DNA of 64,000 nucleotides from Gemmatimonadales bacterium (lineage in GTDB: Bacteria; Gemmatimonadota; Gemmatimonadetes; Gemmatimonadales; GWC2-71-9): NCBI GenBank assembly GCA_035708725.1, contig DASTFH010000003.1:16828-80827 (forward strand), read 5' to 3'. This document shows positions 37,476 through 46,541 of this stretch, piece after piece. Made by a program: the position numbers and the translations under genes. The notes under the pieces are model-generated. The model saw nothing but the letters and a program-made list of their open reading frames with translations. It ran no database searches and was not told the origin of the DNA. The stretch's first letter is position 1; the number at the start of each line of letters is the position of its first letter.

Positions 37476-38285
37476 TTACGCATCAGGCGCCACTCGGCAA
37501 CGCGTGGCGACGAATTCAACGGCCGGCTCGAAGCGCCACCGCGCGGGAGGAGCACCCAGCCGGGCCACGAGGCGAGCCCACGCCGGAGCGGGCGGCGCAC
37601 CCGGTTGGCCCAACGCCTCCGCGGAGCTGCCGTCGCCCACCACGCGCCCGTGCTCCAGCGTGAGAGCCCGGTCCAGTGCTTCCAGTACGAATTCGCCATC
37701 ATGCGAGACAGCGACGACGGCTCCTCCCGCCGCACGATGGGCCGCGAGGGCGCGCCGCACCAGCGTGCGCGAATGACGGTCGAGCCCCGCGGTCGGTTCA
37801 TCCAGCAGCAGGAGCCGAGGCCTGAGGGCGAGGACCCCCGCGAGCGCCACCAGCCGGCGCCGAGGCGCAGGGAGATCGTACGGGTGGGTCGGAGCCACGT
37901 CGCAAAGCTCGAGCTGGTCGAGCGCACGCTCCACCGCATCGTCCACGTTACTCCGGCCCAGCTGGCGCGGGCCGAACGCCACATCCTCGCGCACGCTGCT
38001 GGCAAAGAGCTGGTGCTCCGGCTGCTGGAAGAGAAAGCCGGCGTCACCCGCCAGGTCTTCCGGCATGCGGCCAGCGGTCGGCTGGCCCATGACCCGGGCT
38101 TCGCCAGCAGAAGGATGCAGCAGCGCCATCGCGAGGCGGAGCGCCGTGGTCTTTCCCGCACCGTTGGGTCCGAGCAGGGCGAGCCCCTCGCCCTCCGAGA
38201 CTCGCAAGCACAGGTCGGTGAGGGCGCTGACCCCGCTCCCGGCATAGGCAAACGTCACCCGGTCAAATTCGAGCAGCGCGCTCAT
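37476..38285 (-). CDS. ECF/ABC transporter ATP-binding protein (second ATPase)
   Basis: Walker A GPNGAGKTT, Walker B LLLLDEPTAGLD. ATGA overlap with the upstream ATPase stop. Confidence 0.8.
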   Translation of the reverse strand: MSALLEFDRVTFAYAGSGVSALTDLCLRVSEGEGLALLGPNGAGKTTALRLAMALLHPSAGEARVMGQPTAGRMPEDLAGDAGFLFQQPEHQLFASSVREDVAFGPRQLGRSNVDDAVERALDQLELCDVAPTHPYDLPAPRRRLVALAGVLALRPRLLLLDEPTAGLDRHSRTLVRRALAAHRAAGGAVVAVSHDGEFVLEALDRALTLEHGRVVGDGSSAEALGQPGAPPAPAWARLVARLGAPPARWRFEPAVEFVATRCRVAPDA

Positions 38286-39124
38286 GCCCATCGCTCCAGT
38301 GCATCCTGCACCGTCACGGGGTAGGTGGCGGCTGCAAAGCGGGCGTCGCGTTCCGCGAGCGCGCGGGCGAAGGTGGCAACGGCCGTGCTGCCGGCGCCGG
38401 TTTCGCCGAGGGACGGATCGGCCAGCAACGTCGCCGGCACGCCGTCGCCCATCACCCGTCCTTCCTTCATGATTATGAGCCTGTCCGCCCACCCCGCCAG
38501 CCAGTCGGCATCCTCGCTCGCCACCATTACCAAGGCGCCCCGCTTCGCCTCCTCTCGCATGACGGAGGCAAGCGTCTCGCGCCCGCGCGCGTCGAGCGCG
38601 CTGCCTGGCTCATCCAGCAGCCAGGCGTCCGGCTCGAGCGCCAGCATCGAGGCGATCACCGCGCGCTGCTGTTCCCCACCCGAGAGCGACGCCGGTGCGC
38701 GTTCGGCCAGGTGCGCAATCTCCATCCGCGCCATCGCGCGCTCGGCGACAGCAAGAATCTGCTCCCGCGGCCGCCCCAGGTTGGCCGGCGCAAATGCTAC
38801 TTCACGCCGTACAGTTTCGGCGATGCCGGAGAGCTGGCTCGCGGGATCGGCCGATACGTACGCCACACGGCCGGCAAGACAGCGCCGACCTTTCGTTGAC
38901 TGGGGATTCTCGCCCAGGAGTGACGCCGACCCGGACACGCTGCCCCCGGTGTGCAGCGGGGCGAGCCCGGCGGCGAGGAGCAGCAGCGTGCTCGTGCCAG
39001 CGCCCGGCGCGCCGGTAAACCAGGTCACCACCGCGGCATCGAGTGACAATGTCACATCGGATAGCGCCGCACGTTCCGTGTTGCCGTACCGGAAACCGAC
39101 GGCTGTGGCAGTGAACGCGCTCAA
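38282..39124 (-). CDS. ECF/ABC transporter ATP-binding protein (first ATPase)
   Basis: Walker A GAPGAGTST, signature LSGGEQQRA, Walker B WLLDEPGSALD. Proposed TTG start at 39124 overlapping the T-component stop; the start is uncertain. Confidence 0.7.
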   Translation of the reverse strand: MSAFTATAVGFRYGNTERAALSDVTLSLDAAVVTWFTGAPGAGTSTLLLLAAGLAPLHTGGSVSGSASLLGENPQSTKGRRCLAGRVAYVSADPASQLSGIAETVRREVAFAPANLGRPREQILAVAERAMARMEIAHLAERAPASLSGGEQQRAVIASMLALEPDAWLLDEPGSALDARGRETLASVMREEAKRGALVMVASEDADWLAGWADRLIIMKEGRVMGDGVPATLLADPSLGETGAGSTAVATFARALAERDARFAAATYPVTVQDALERWA

Positions 39125-39801
39125 GCGAGCACGCGCCAGGCGAGCGCTGCGACCACGGCGCTGGCTGCCACCAGCAGGGAGCCCCAGTCGAGTCCGCGCA
39201 TCCGTACGACCTCGAGCGCGGTTCGGCGAGCCGTCCCGACACCCCGGGTATCGAGCGCCATCGCTCTCGCGTCCACTTCGCCCAGCGTCTGCAGGATGAG
39301 TGGCAGCGTCACGGGCACCAGCGCGCGCGCCCGCCCGAGCGCTCGGCCGCGCACCCGGAGCCCACGCGACCGCTGCGCTTCGAGGATTCGCGTCACGCGC
39401 GCCCGCAGTCTCGGCGCCGCCTGCAAGGTGGCAAGCACCAGCAGTGCCGCGCTCGACGACCAGCCGCGCGTGGCGGCAGCATCGAGAAATCGTGATGGCT
39501 GGAACGCGCGATATGCGAGCAGCGACGCGAGGATGATGCCGGTGAGACGCGAGCCCTGCGCGATGGCGGCAAGCCAGCCCTCGCCGCCGCGCATGGCGCC
39601 GTGCAGGATGAGGAGAAATATCCAGAGCGGCAGTGTCAGCAACAGCGCGGCACCAACCTGCCGGAACGCGCCGAGCAGCAGCGCAATGACGAGCACCACC
39701 AGCGCCAGCACCACCGGTCCCCACGGCGCCGGCAGCAGCACGGCAAGGAGCGCCGTGGCGAGAACGAGGAGGAAGGGAGTGAAGGGGTGAAGCGGAGTCA
39801 T
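39121..39801 (-). CDS. ECF transporter transmembrane (T) component, CbiQ/EcfT family
   Basis: 226 aa, polytopic, with a conserved Arg-rich coupling region (LEAQRSRG). Positioned upstream of two ATPases. Confidence 0.8.
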   Translation of the reverse strand: MTPLHPFTPFLLVLATALLAVLLPAPWGPVVLALVVLVIALLLGAFRQVGAALLLTLPLWIFLLILHGAMRGGEGWLAAIAQGSRLTGIILASLLAYRAFQPSRFLDAAATRGWSSSAALLVLATLQAAPRLRARVTRILEAQRSRGLRVRGRALGRARALVPVTLPLILQTLGEVDARAMALDTRGVGTARRTALEVVRMRGLDWGSLLVAASAVVAALAWRVLA

Positions 39802-39878
39802 AGGTCGTAAGTCGTGGGTCGCGTGCGATCTAGCGGCACGGCTTGCCGTGCCCCCTGAGATCCCGATCCCACCCGACC

Positions 39879-39972
39879 GTCACCCCAGCGAAAGCTGGGG
39901 TCCATGAGGGCTGCAGGCATGCTTAATGACTCCGGGTGAGCCCTCATGGATTCCCGCTTTCGCGGGAATGAC
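39879..39972. mobile_element. MITE-like element of the GTCA(C/T)CCC..GCGAAAGC..GGGAATGAC type (PAKAGI/RKRES family)
   Basis: gtcaccccagcgaaagctggggtcc...atgagggc...gccctcat...ggattcccgctttcgcgggaatgac. Imperfect ~25-bp TIRs and nested hairpins. Spurious ORFs across it translate as VIPAKAGIHEG / SFPRKRES. Confidence 0.65.
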
Positions 39973-40030
39973 GAGGCGGCCGGACAGGGAGTACGCGACG
40001 ACCGACGACAGACGTCCGGCGCCCCACGCC

Positions 40031-40585
40031 TCATGCCTTGCGCCCTGATCCGACTCGCATCCTCTCCGGCAACCCACGGAACGCCGCGCCGACCAGCAGG
40101 AAGACCATCACCTTGTCGATCAGGTCCGTGCCCACGCTGGCAACGGTCACGGCGCCCTGGCGCGAGAGACCCAGGCCGGTCAGCAGCGTCGTGACGGCCG
40201 TGACGCCCGTCGCGGTGACGCCCTTGAAGAGCACGTAGGAAATGACTGCCGACGCGAGACCGGCGGCGAGGCCGGTCACGAGGCCCCAGAGGACCGAGCG
40301 GCCCGCAATGCGGAACCCGCCGCGCGACGCGGCCAACGCCGCCAGCAACGCGATGATGACCTGGATCAGGCCGAACGGCAACCAGACGAAGCCCTCGTAC
40401 AGCGAACGCACCAGCTGACTCACGATCCCGGTGAGCACACCAGCCCCCGGCCCCGCGAGCGCCGCCACCAGCACCGTACCCGTGGTATCGAGGTACACGG
40501 GGAGACCGAGCTGGTTCACGATGAACCCCATGGCGAGGTTCAGGGCTACCGCGGACGGGATGAGCGCGAGCAGTCTCGGGTTCAC
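40031..40585 (-). CDS. ECF transporter substrate-specific (S) component, substrate unknown
   Basis: 184 aa, ~6 TM. The N-terminal AVALNLAMGFIV pattern is typical of S components. Same strand as the T and A genes. Confidence 0.65.
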   Translation of the reverse strand: MNPRLLALIPSAVALNLAMGFIVNQLGLPVYLDTTGTVLVAALAGPGAGVLTGIVSQLVRSLYEGFVWLPFGLIQVIIALLAALAASRGGFRIAGRSVLWGLVTGLAAGLASAVISYVLFKGVTATGVTAVTTLLTGLGLSRQGAVTVASVGTDLIDKVMVFLLVGAAFRGLPERMRVGSGRKA

Positions 40586-40693
40586 GGGCGTGGCCGGTCG
40601 AGGGTGGACCTGTCTATATTCCGGCGGTCAGGACGTCAGAAGTCTCTGTCGCACGTCCTTCTACTGCAACCCTTGCCTCACGTTCCGTCCCGG

Positions 40694-41986
40694 ATGCCTT
40701 CTCTGATGCGTATGCGTGGTTTCCTGCTGGCCGGATTTGCGGCCCTCGCGCTGTCGGCCAGCCCGCTGGCCGCCCAGCGCGCCGTCCCTGTCCCGGCCGG
40801 CCTGGTGGACGACATCAAGTACCTCTCCTCCGACCAGCTGGCCGGCAGGCTCACCGGGACGCCCGGCGCCGACAGCGCCGCCCAGTACCTGGCGCGCCGC
40901 TTTGCCGCAGTGGGACTCCAGGCGGCGCACGGCAGCTGGTTCCAGGACTTTGACGTGTCCGCCGCCGCGCCTGGCGCAGCCTCCACCGAGCCGAACCAGC
41001 GGCACGCCCGGAACGTGATCGGCATCCTGCCGGGCCGGGACCCCGAGCTCCGCCGCGAGGCGGTGATTGTCGGCGCCCACTACGATCACCTGGGCGGCGG
41101 CGAATTCGGCAGTCTCGACCCCGACAGCACCGGCAAGGTCCACAACGGAGCCGACGATAACGCATCCGGTGCCGCGGCGCTGGTCTACATCGCCAGGGAG
41201 CTGGCGGCCGCGCCGCCGGCCCGCACCATCGTGTTCATCGCCTTCTCCGGGGAAGAACTCGGGCTGCTCGGCTCGAGCTACTACGTCAAGCACGCGCTCT
41301 ATCCGCTCGACCGCACCACCGCGATGATCAACCTCGACATGGTGGGCCGGCTCAAGGACAAGCGCCTGATCGTCTATGGCGCGGCGACGGCGACGGAGTT
41401 CCCCGCCCTCCTCGATTCGCTCAACTGGTACCAGGGCTTCGACCTGCGCAAGCAGGGCGACGGGTACGGCCCAAGCGACCAGTCCTCCTTCTATGCCGCG
41501 CACCTGCCGGTGCTGCACGTCTTCACCGACCTGCACGCCGACTACCACCGCACCACGGATGACTGGGAGAAGCTCAACTTCGACGGGCTCGCCCGCGTGA
41601 TCGACTTCACCGCGGGAATCGCCTCGGCGCTGGGCAACCGCCGCTCGCCACTCACCTTCGTGGATGTTCCGGTGACGGCGCACGGCACCGCCTCCAATGA
41701 TTCCGTCGTCACCGGTGGCTACGGCGCATATCTTGGCACGATTCCCGACATGAGCGACACGCCGGGCGGTGTCGCGCTGAGCGGCGTCCGAGCCGGCAGC
41801 CCGGCCGATCAGGCGGGGCTCAAGGCGGGCGATATCATCACGAAGATCGGTCCGCACGAGGTGCCCGATCTCCAGGGCATGACCGACGCGCTCCGCGCAT
41901 ACAAGGCGGGCGACCAGGCGGATATCGTCATCCGCCGGAACGACAGCACCCTGACGCTCCACGCCACCTTCGGCATCAGGAACTGA
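40694..41986 (+). CDS. M28-family aminopeptidase with C-terminal PDZ domain
   Basis: Signal peptide MRMRGFLLAGFAALALSASPLAAQ. M28 motifs (HYDHLG, GADDNASG, SGEELGLLGS). PDZ-like tail (GVRAGSPADQAGLKAGDIITKIG). Start is among the ATGs at 40694, 40706 and 40712. Confidence 0.8.
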   Translation: MPSLMRMRGFLLAGFAALALSASPLAAQRAVPVPAGLVDDIKYLSSDQLAGRLTGTPGADSAAQYLARRFAAVGLQAAHGSWFQDFDVSAAAPGAASTEPNQRHARNVIGILPGRDPELRREAVIVGAHYDHLGGGEFGSLDPDSTGKVHNGADDNASGAAALVYIARELAAAPPARTIVFIAFSGEELGLLGSSYYVKHALYPLDRTTAMINLDMVGRLKDKRLIVYGAATATEFPALLDSLNWYQGFDLRKQGDGYGPSDQSSFYAAHLPVLHVFTDLHADYHRTTDDWEKLNFDGLARVIDFTAGIASALGNRRSPLTFVDVPVTAHGTASNDSVVTGGYGAYLGTIPDMSDTPGGVALSGVRAGSPADQAGLKAGDIITKIGPHEVPDLQGMTDALRAYKAGDQADIVIRRNDSTLTLHATFGIRN

Positions 41987-41989
41987 CGC

Positions 41990-42445
41990 ATGGCCATTCT
42001 CAACGGAGACCGCGTCGTGGCGGCACTGCGCGGCGCGTTCGGGCGCGACATGCTGGGCGTCGACCTGCTCAAGTTTGCGGCCGAAAAGATCCGCGCCGCC
42101 GGCCCGCCCTACACCTCGGTCTACATGTACATGCTCCACGACGGCGAGCTGGTGCTCGATGCCTATGATGGCCGGGAAACCGAGCACACCCGCATTGCGG
42201 TGGGCCATGGCGTCTGCGGCACCGCAGTGGCCGAGAAGCAGGACCAGAATATCGGCGACGTGCGCGCCATCGAGAACTACATCGCGTGCAACCTCTGGAC
42301 CCGCTCCGAGCTCGTGGTCCTCATCCGGCGCGGCGACCTGATCCTGGGCCAGATTGACATCGACAGCGACGTGGCCGATCCGTTCACGCCCGAGGAAGAG
42401 GCCGAGGTCCGGAAGGTGGCGGACGCGCTGGCCGTCCTGCTCTGA
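41990..42445 (+). CDS. GAF-domain protein (free methionine-R-sulfoxide reductase-like)
   Basis: GVCGTAVAEKQ...IACNLWTRSELVVLI...GQIDIDS resembles the fRMsr/YebR family. Confidence 0.75.
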   Translation: MAILNGDRVVAALRGAFGRDMLGVDLLKFAAEKIRAAGPPYTSVYMYMLHDGELVLDAYDGRETEHTRIAVGHGVCGTAVAEKQDQNIGDVRAIENYIACNLWTRSELVVLIRRGDLILGQIDIDSDVADPFTPEEEAEVRKVADALAVLL

Positions 42446-43282
42446 ATGGCGGAGACGTTCACCCGGTCGGTGCGCGGCGTCGAGCTGTTTGAGCGCCGGA
42501 TCGGTGCGGGCCCGCCGGTCATCGTGCTCCATGGCGGCCCGGGCGCCGATCACGGATATCTCCTGCCCGGCTTCGACCTGCTGGCCACCGGCCGCATGCT
42601 CATCTTCTACGACCAGCGCGGCGGCGGCCGCTCACCGGTGGACCGTGATGTGCCGGTGGGTTGGCAGGAGCAGGTGGCCGACCTCGAGGCGCTGCGCGAG
42701 CTCTGGATGCTCGATACCCTCACCATCGCCGGCTATTCGTGGGGCGGGCTTCTCGCCATGCTCTACGCCATCCATCACCCCGACCGGGTGAGCCGGCTGG
42801 CACTTGTTTCCCCGGCGCCAAGCTGGCGCGCCGCGCGCGAAGAATTCGAGAACGAGTTCTCCCGCCGAAACCTCGATCCTGCACTCCAGGCCCAGCGGAA
42901 GGCGTTGCGCGAGAGCGGGCTCCGCGAACAGGACCCCGATGCCTACCAGAAGCGCCTCTTTGAGTTGAGCGTCGTGCCCTACTTTCACGACCCCGCGCTC
43001 GCAGCCGATCTCACCCCATTCCGCGTCACCGGCCGCACCCAGCAGGACGTCTGGCAATCGCTGGGCAACTACGACCTCCGCCCTGCCCTTCGTGCGCTCT
43101 CGCTCCCGTCGCTGGTCACCCATGGCACCAGCGATCCCATTCCGCTGGAGACGGCGCGGATCACCGCCGAATGCCTCAAGGCGGAATTTTTCCCGTTGGA
43201 GCGGTGCGGCCATGTTCCGTACGTGGAACGCCCCGACGCTTTCCGGGAAATACTGGACGGGTTCCTCCCCAAGAAGCCGTAG
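42446..43282 (+). CDS. Alpha/beta hydrolase (proline iminopeptidase-like)
   Basis: HGGPG oxyanion motif and nucleophile elbow GYSWGG. C-terminal GHVPYVE contains the catalytic His. Confidence 0.8.
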   Translation: MAETFTRSVRGVELFERRIGAGPPVIVLHGGPGADHGYLLPGFDLLATGRMLIFYDQRGGGRSPVDRDVPVGWQEQVADLEALRELWMLDTLTIAGYSWGGLLAMLYAIHHPDRVSRLALVSPAPSWRAAREEFENEFSRRNLDPALQAQRKALRESGLREQDPDAYQKRLFELSVVPYFHDPALAADLTPFRVTGRTQQDVWQSLGNYDLRPALRALSLPSLVTHGTSDPIPLETARITAECLKAEFFPLERCGHVPYVERPDAFREILDGFLPKKP

Positions 43283-43308
43283 CGCCCGGTACGGATTACC
43301 TTGCTGGT

Positions 43309-43968
43309 ATGCCGCGCCCAACCCCCTTCGACCTGGCGTTCGATCCGCTCGCCGAACAGCGCTTCCCTGCGCTCAAGGAAGAGCTCGCGCATGACGGCCG
43401 CGACCCGCGCGATCGCGACGCCTTCCTGGTGAGTCCGGAAGCGGTCCAATTGATTCGCGACCTGCGCCCGACCGAGGGCGTGGGCGAGGCAATTGACCAG
43501 CTGGTTGCCTTTGTGCACCACGCCTACCTGTTCTGGGACGCGGGCCAGCAATACACCACCGTGCTGGCCGAACAAGTCGAGGCATTCCTCGGTTCGACCC
43601 CTCCGGTCTCCGACAGCGAGATCACATCGCCGTTCTACGTCCAACTGCCGGAGCGGCGTGTCTGGGGCGAAGTGCTGCAAGGCGAGCCGCATGAGCCGCT
43701 CGACGGCGCATTCGTCCACCATGACCCGGTGGGCGGGCTTCGTGTGCTCGGTGTCTTCGGCATGAACCGCGAGCGCGACGGGTTCAGCGTGGTCGAGGCT
43801 GCCGGCCCCCGCGTCTTCAACCTGGCTCGTCCCGATGGCTCGGCCCTTTTTGGTCCTGTCATGCCGGGGGGCGATGCGGCCGGGCTGCATTCCATCGCCG
43901 GCGCCGAAGAACTGCTTGAGATGGGATGGCGCGCGCGGAAACTGAGCGCCGGCGTGCAGGTGGGATGA
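43309..43968 (+). CDS. Hypothetical protein coupled to polX
   Basis: 219 aa from an internal ATG. ATGA overlap with the following polX start. Confidence 0.5.
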   Translation: MPRPTPFDLAFDPLAEQRFPALKEELAHDGRDPRDRDAFLVSPEAVQLIRDLRPTEGVGEAIDQLVAFVHHAYLFWDAGQQYTTVLAEQVEAFLGSTPPVSDSEITSPFYVQLPERRVWGEVLQGEPHEPLDGAFVHHDPVGGLRVLGVFGMNRERDGFSVVEAAGPRVFNLARPDGSALFGPVMPGGDAAGLHSIAGAEELLEMGWRARKLSAGVQVG

Positions 43969-45707
43969 CGTCTCCTGCTCGCCCGGTGATCGACCGCCGA
44001 GGCGCGAGCCGGGCCTTGGAGCAGATCGCGTCGCTGCTGGAGTTCAAGGGAGAAAGCGCCTTCCGGGTTCGCGCGTTCCGCGCCGCCGGCCGGGCCCTCG
44101 CCGCCATTCCGGCGGATCTCGAGACCGCACTCGCCGACGGCACGGTCGCGGCGACACGCGGGATCGGTCCCGCAACGCTCCACATCATCGAAGAGCTGGC
44201 GCGAACCGGCCGCTGCCGGATGCTCGATTCCCTGCGCAAGGAAATCCCGCCGGGCCTGGTGGAGATGTCCCGCATCTCCGGCTTCGGCGCCCAGCGCATC
44301 CGCCAGGTGCACAAGCTGCTCGGTATCGATTCCCTGCCCGAACTCGAGGCGGCGGCCCGTGATGGCCGCCTCGCCAAGCTGCCGCGTTTCGGACCTCGTA
44401 TCGCGCAAAACATCCTCAAGAGCATCGAGTTCCTGCGGCGCGCCCAGGGGCTCCGGCTCCGCCACCACGCCGAGCAGGAAGCGCTGGCGCTTGCGGGTGC
44501 GCTGCGGCAGGTGCCTGGCATCATCGATGTGTCGATCGCCGGCGATGTACGCCGCGCCATGGAGGTGATCCGCGAGGTGGTGATTGTCGTCGTCTCCGAC
44601 GTGCCGCCGGCCGACCTGTTCCGTCTATTGGCCGACCTTCCAGGTGTGGATGAGTTTGCCGGACGCGACGAGCGCCAGGTGACACTTCACTTCGCCGGCG
44701 GATCGGCGATCCAGGTCATCGCGACACCGCCGGTGAACGCCGGTGCCGTGCTCGCCGAGGCCACGGGCAGCGAAGCGCACATCCAGCACCTGGAGGCGCG
44801 CGCTCGCGATCGCGGCATGACGCTGACTGGCGCCGCGCTCTGGCGTGGCAGCGTGTTCGTGCCGACTCCGAACGAGCAGGCGCTCTACAGGCAGCTCGGC
44901 CTTGCATGGATTCCGCCGGAACTCCGCGAGGGAACTGGCGAGATCGCGCTCGCGGCGGAGGATGCCCTGCCGGCGCTGGTCACTGATGATGACCTCCGCG
45001 GATTCCTGCATTGCCACACCGGATATTCCGATGGCACCTCAACCATCCGGGACCTGGCCGTCGCGGCGCGGGCACAGGGCTACCACTGGATCGGCATCAC
45101 CGACCACAGCCAGGCAGCGACGTACGCCGGCGGGCTCTCCCCGGCGGCGCTGCAGCGCCAGGCCGACGAGATCGATGCGTTGAATGAGGAGCTCGATGGC
45201 ATCCGCATCCTCAAGGGCATCGAAGCCGATATCCTGAAGGATGGAAGGATTGACTACGATGCCCGGGTGCTCGACCGCCTCGAATTTGTCATCGCGTCCA
45301 TCCACAATCGCTTCAACCTCGATCGGGACGCCATGACGGCTCGCATGCTGGCAGCGCTGGATGACCCGCACGTCACGATCATCGGCCATCCCACCGGCCG
45401 GCTGCTGCTGTCCCGCGAACCCTACGAGATCGACATGGACGCCGTACTCGGCCGTGCCGCCGAGCGTGGCGTCGCGGTGGAAATCAACGCCGACCCGCAC
45501 CGGCTGGATCTCGACTGGCGCTACCTGCCCCGCGCGCGCGAGTTCGGCACCATGATCTCGATCGGGGCGGATGCGCACAGCGTGGCCGGCATCGGCAACA
45601 TGCGATTCGGTGTGGGCAGCGCGCGAAAGGGTGGTATCGGCCCGGCAGAGGTGGTCAACACCATGAGCGCCGATGGGTTTCTGGCCTTCGCGCGGAAGCA
45701 GGGATGA
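43965..45707 (+). CDS. polX: Family X DNA polymerase with C-terminal PHP domain
   Basis: HhH N-terminus (LEFKGESAFRVRAFRAA), a PolX core, and a PHP domain (HCHTGYSDG, ITDHS). Confidence 0.9.
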   Translation: MTSPARPVIDRRGASRALEQIASLLEFKGESAFRVRAFRAAGRALAAIPADLETALADGTVAATRGIGPATLHIIEELARTGRCRMLDSLRKEIPPGLVEMSRISGFGAQRIRQVHKLLGIDSLPELEAAARDGRLAKLPRFGPRIAQNILKSIEFLRRAQGLRLRHHAEQEALALAGALRQVPGIIDVSIAGDVRRAMEVIREVVIVVVSDVPPADLFRLLADLPGVDEFAGRDERQVTLHFAGGSAIQVIATPPVNAGAVLAEATGSEAHIQHLEARARDRGMTLTGAALWRGSVFVPTPNEQALYRQLGLAWIPPELREGTGEIALAAEDALPALVTDDDLRGFLHCHTGYSDGTSTIRDLAVAARAQGYHWIGITDHSQAATYAGGLSPAALQRQADEIDALNEELDGIRILKGIEADILKDGRIDYDARVLDRLEFVIASIHNRFNLDRDAMTARMLAALDDPHVTIIGHPTGRLLLSREPYEIDMDAVLGRAAERGVAVEINADPHRLDLDWRYLPRAREFGTMISIGADAHSVAGIGNMRFGVGSARKGGIGPAEVVNTMSADGFLAFARKQG

Positions 45708-46465
45708 AGAGACCGGTGAAAAAGGCGGCCCGGAAGCTCGGCGACTCGGCGGCTCGGCCACTCGGCAGGCCGAAGCCAGCGAGCCGCGGTGCCCGGTACG
45801 CGCCCGCACAGCAACGCTTCCCCATAATCCTGGCCCACCTCAAGAACGCGTACCCCGACGCCCACTGCGAGCTGGATTTCACCGATCCCTTTCAGCTGAT
45901 CTGCGCCACCATTCTCTCGGCGCAGTGCACCGACGTGCGCGTCAACATGGTGACGCCGGCGCTCTTCGCGAAATTTCCTGATGCCGCGGCACTCGCTGCG
46001 GCGAAACAGGAGGATGTGGAAGAGATCATCCGCTCCACCGGCTTCTTCCGCAACAAGGCAAAGAGCCTGATCGGCATGGCCCAGGCAGTGGTCGCCGAGC
46101 ACGGCGGCAAGATTCCATCCACCATGGACGCGCTGGTGAAGTTGCCCGGTGTCGGGCGGAAAACCGCGAACGTGGTGCTGGGGAATGCCTTCGGGATGAA
46201 CGAGGGCGTCGTGGTGGACACCCACGTGGGGCGGCTGAGCGCCCTGCTGGGACTCACACGCGAGAGCGACCCGATCAAGGTGGAGCAGACTCTCATGATG
46301 CTCACGCCGAGGGATGACTGGGCGCTGCTCTCACACCTTCTGATCTTCCACGGCCGGCGCATCTGCATCGCCCGGCGGCCCAGGTGCTGGGAGTGCGTGG
46401 TGGCGGAGTGGTGTCCTGGAAGGCGGGAAGATGGACAGATGGACAGTCAGACAGATGGACAGTAG
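45704..46465 (+). CDS. nth: Endonuclease III
   Basis: HhH-GPD (LPGVGRKTANVVL) and a 4Fe-4S cluster loop (CIARRPRCWECVVAEWC). Both the N-terminal extension and the C-terminal tail are encoded by word repeats. Confidence 0.9.
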   Translation: MKRPVKKAARKLGDSAARPLGRPKPASRGARYAPAQQRFPIILAHLKNAYPDAHCELDFTDPFQLICATILSAQCTDVRVNMVTPALFAKFPDAAALAAAKQEDVEEIIRSTGFFRNKAKSLIGMAQAVVAEHGGKIPSTMDALVKLPGVGRKTANVVLGNAFGMNEGVVVDTHVGRLSALLGLTRESDPIKVEQTLMMLTPRDDWALLSHLLIFHGRRICIARRPRCWECVVAEWCPGRREDGQMDSQTDGQ

Positions 46466-46538
46466 TGCAAAGGCAGATTCGAGTACCGATTCTCCATCTC
46501 GCTTCCAACGATCCAACTGCCCATCTGCCCATCTGTCC
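46429..46538. repeat. Inverted GGACAGATGG / CCATCTGTCC word arrays between convergent genes
   Basis: agatggacagatggacagtcagacagatggacag ... ccaacgatccaactgcccatctgcccatctgtcc. The left arm encodes the last residues of Nth. Confidence 0.8.
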
Positions 46539-46541
46539 GCT

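Noticed and set aside
40586-40700. Possible TPP, preQ1 or cobalamin riboswitch upstream of the ECF S-component gene.
   Set aside because: No CUGAGA/ACCUGAUCUGGAUAAUGCCAGC-like TPP core, B12 box or preQ1 motif is visible on the minus strand.
43590-43615. The sequence ggttcgacccctcc, which resembles a tRNA T-arm.
   Set aside because: It lies inside a coding frame (43309..43968), and no acceptor or anticodon stems could be built around it. I found no tRNA or rRNA in the window.
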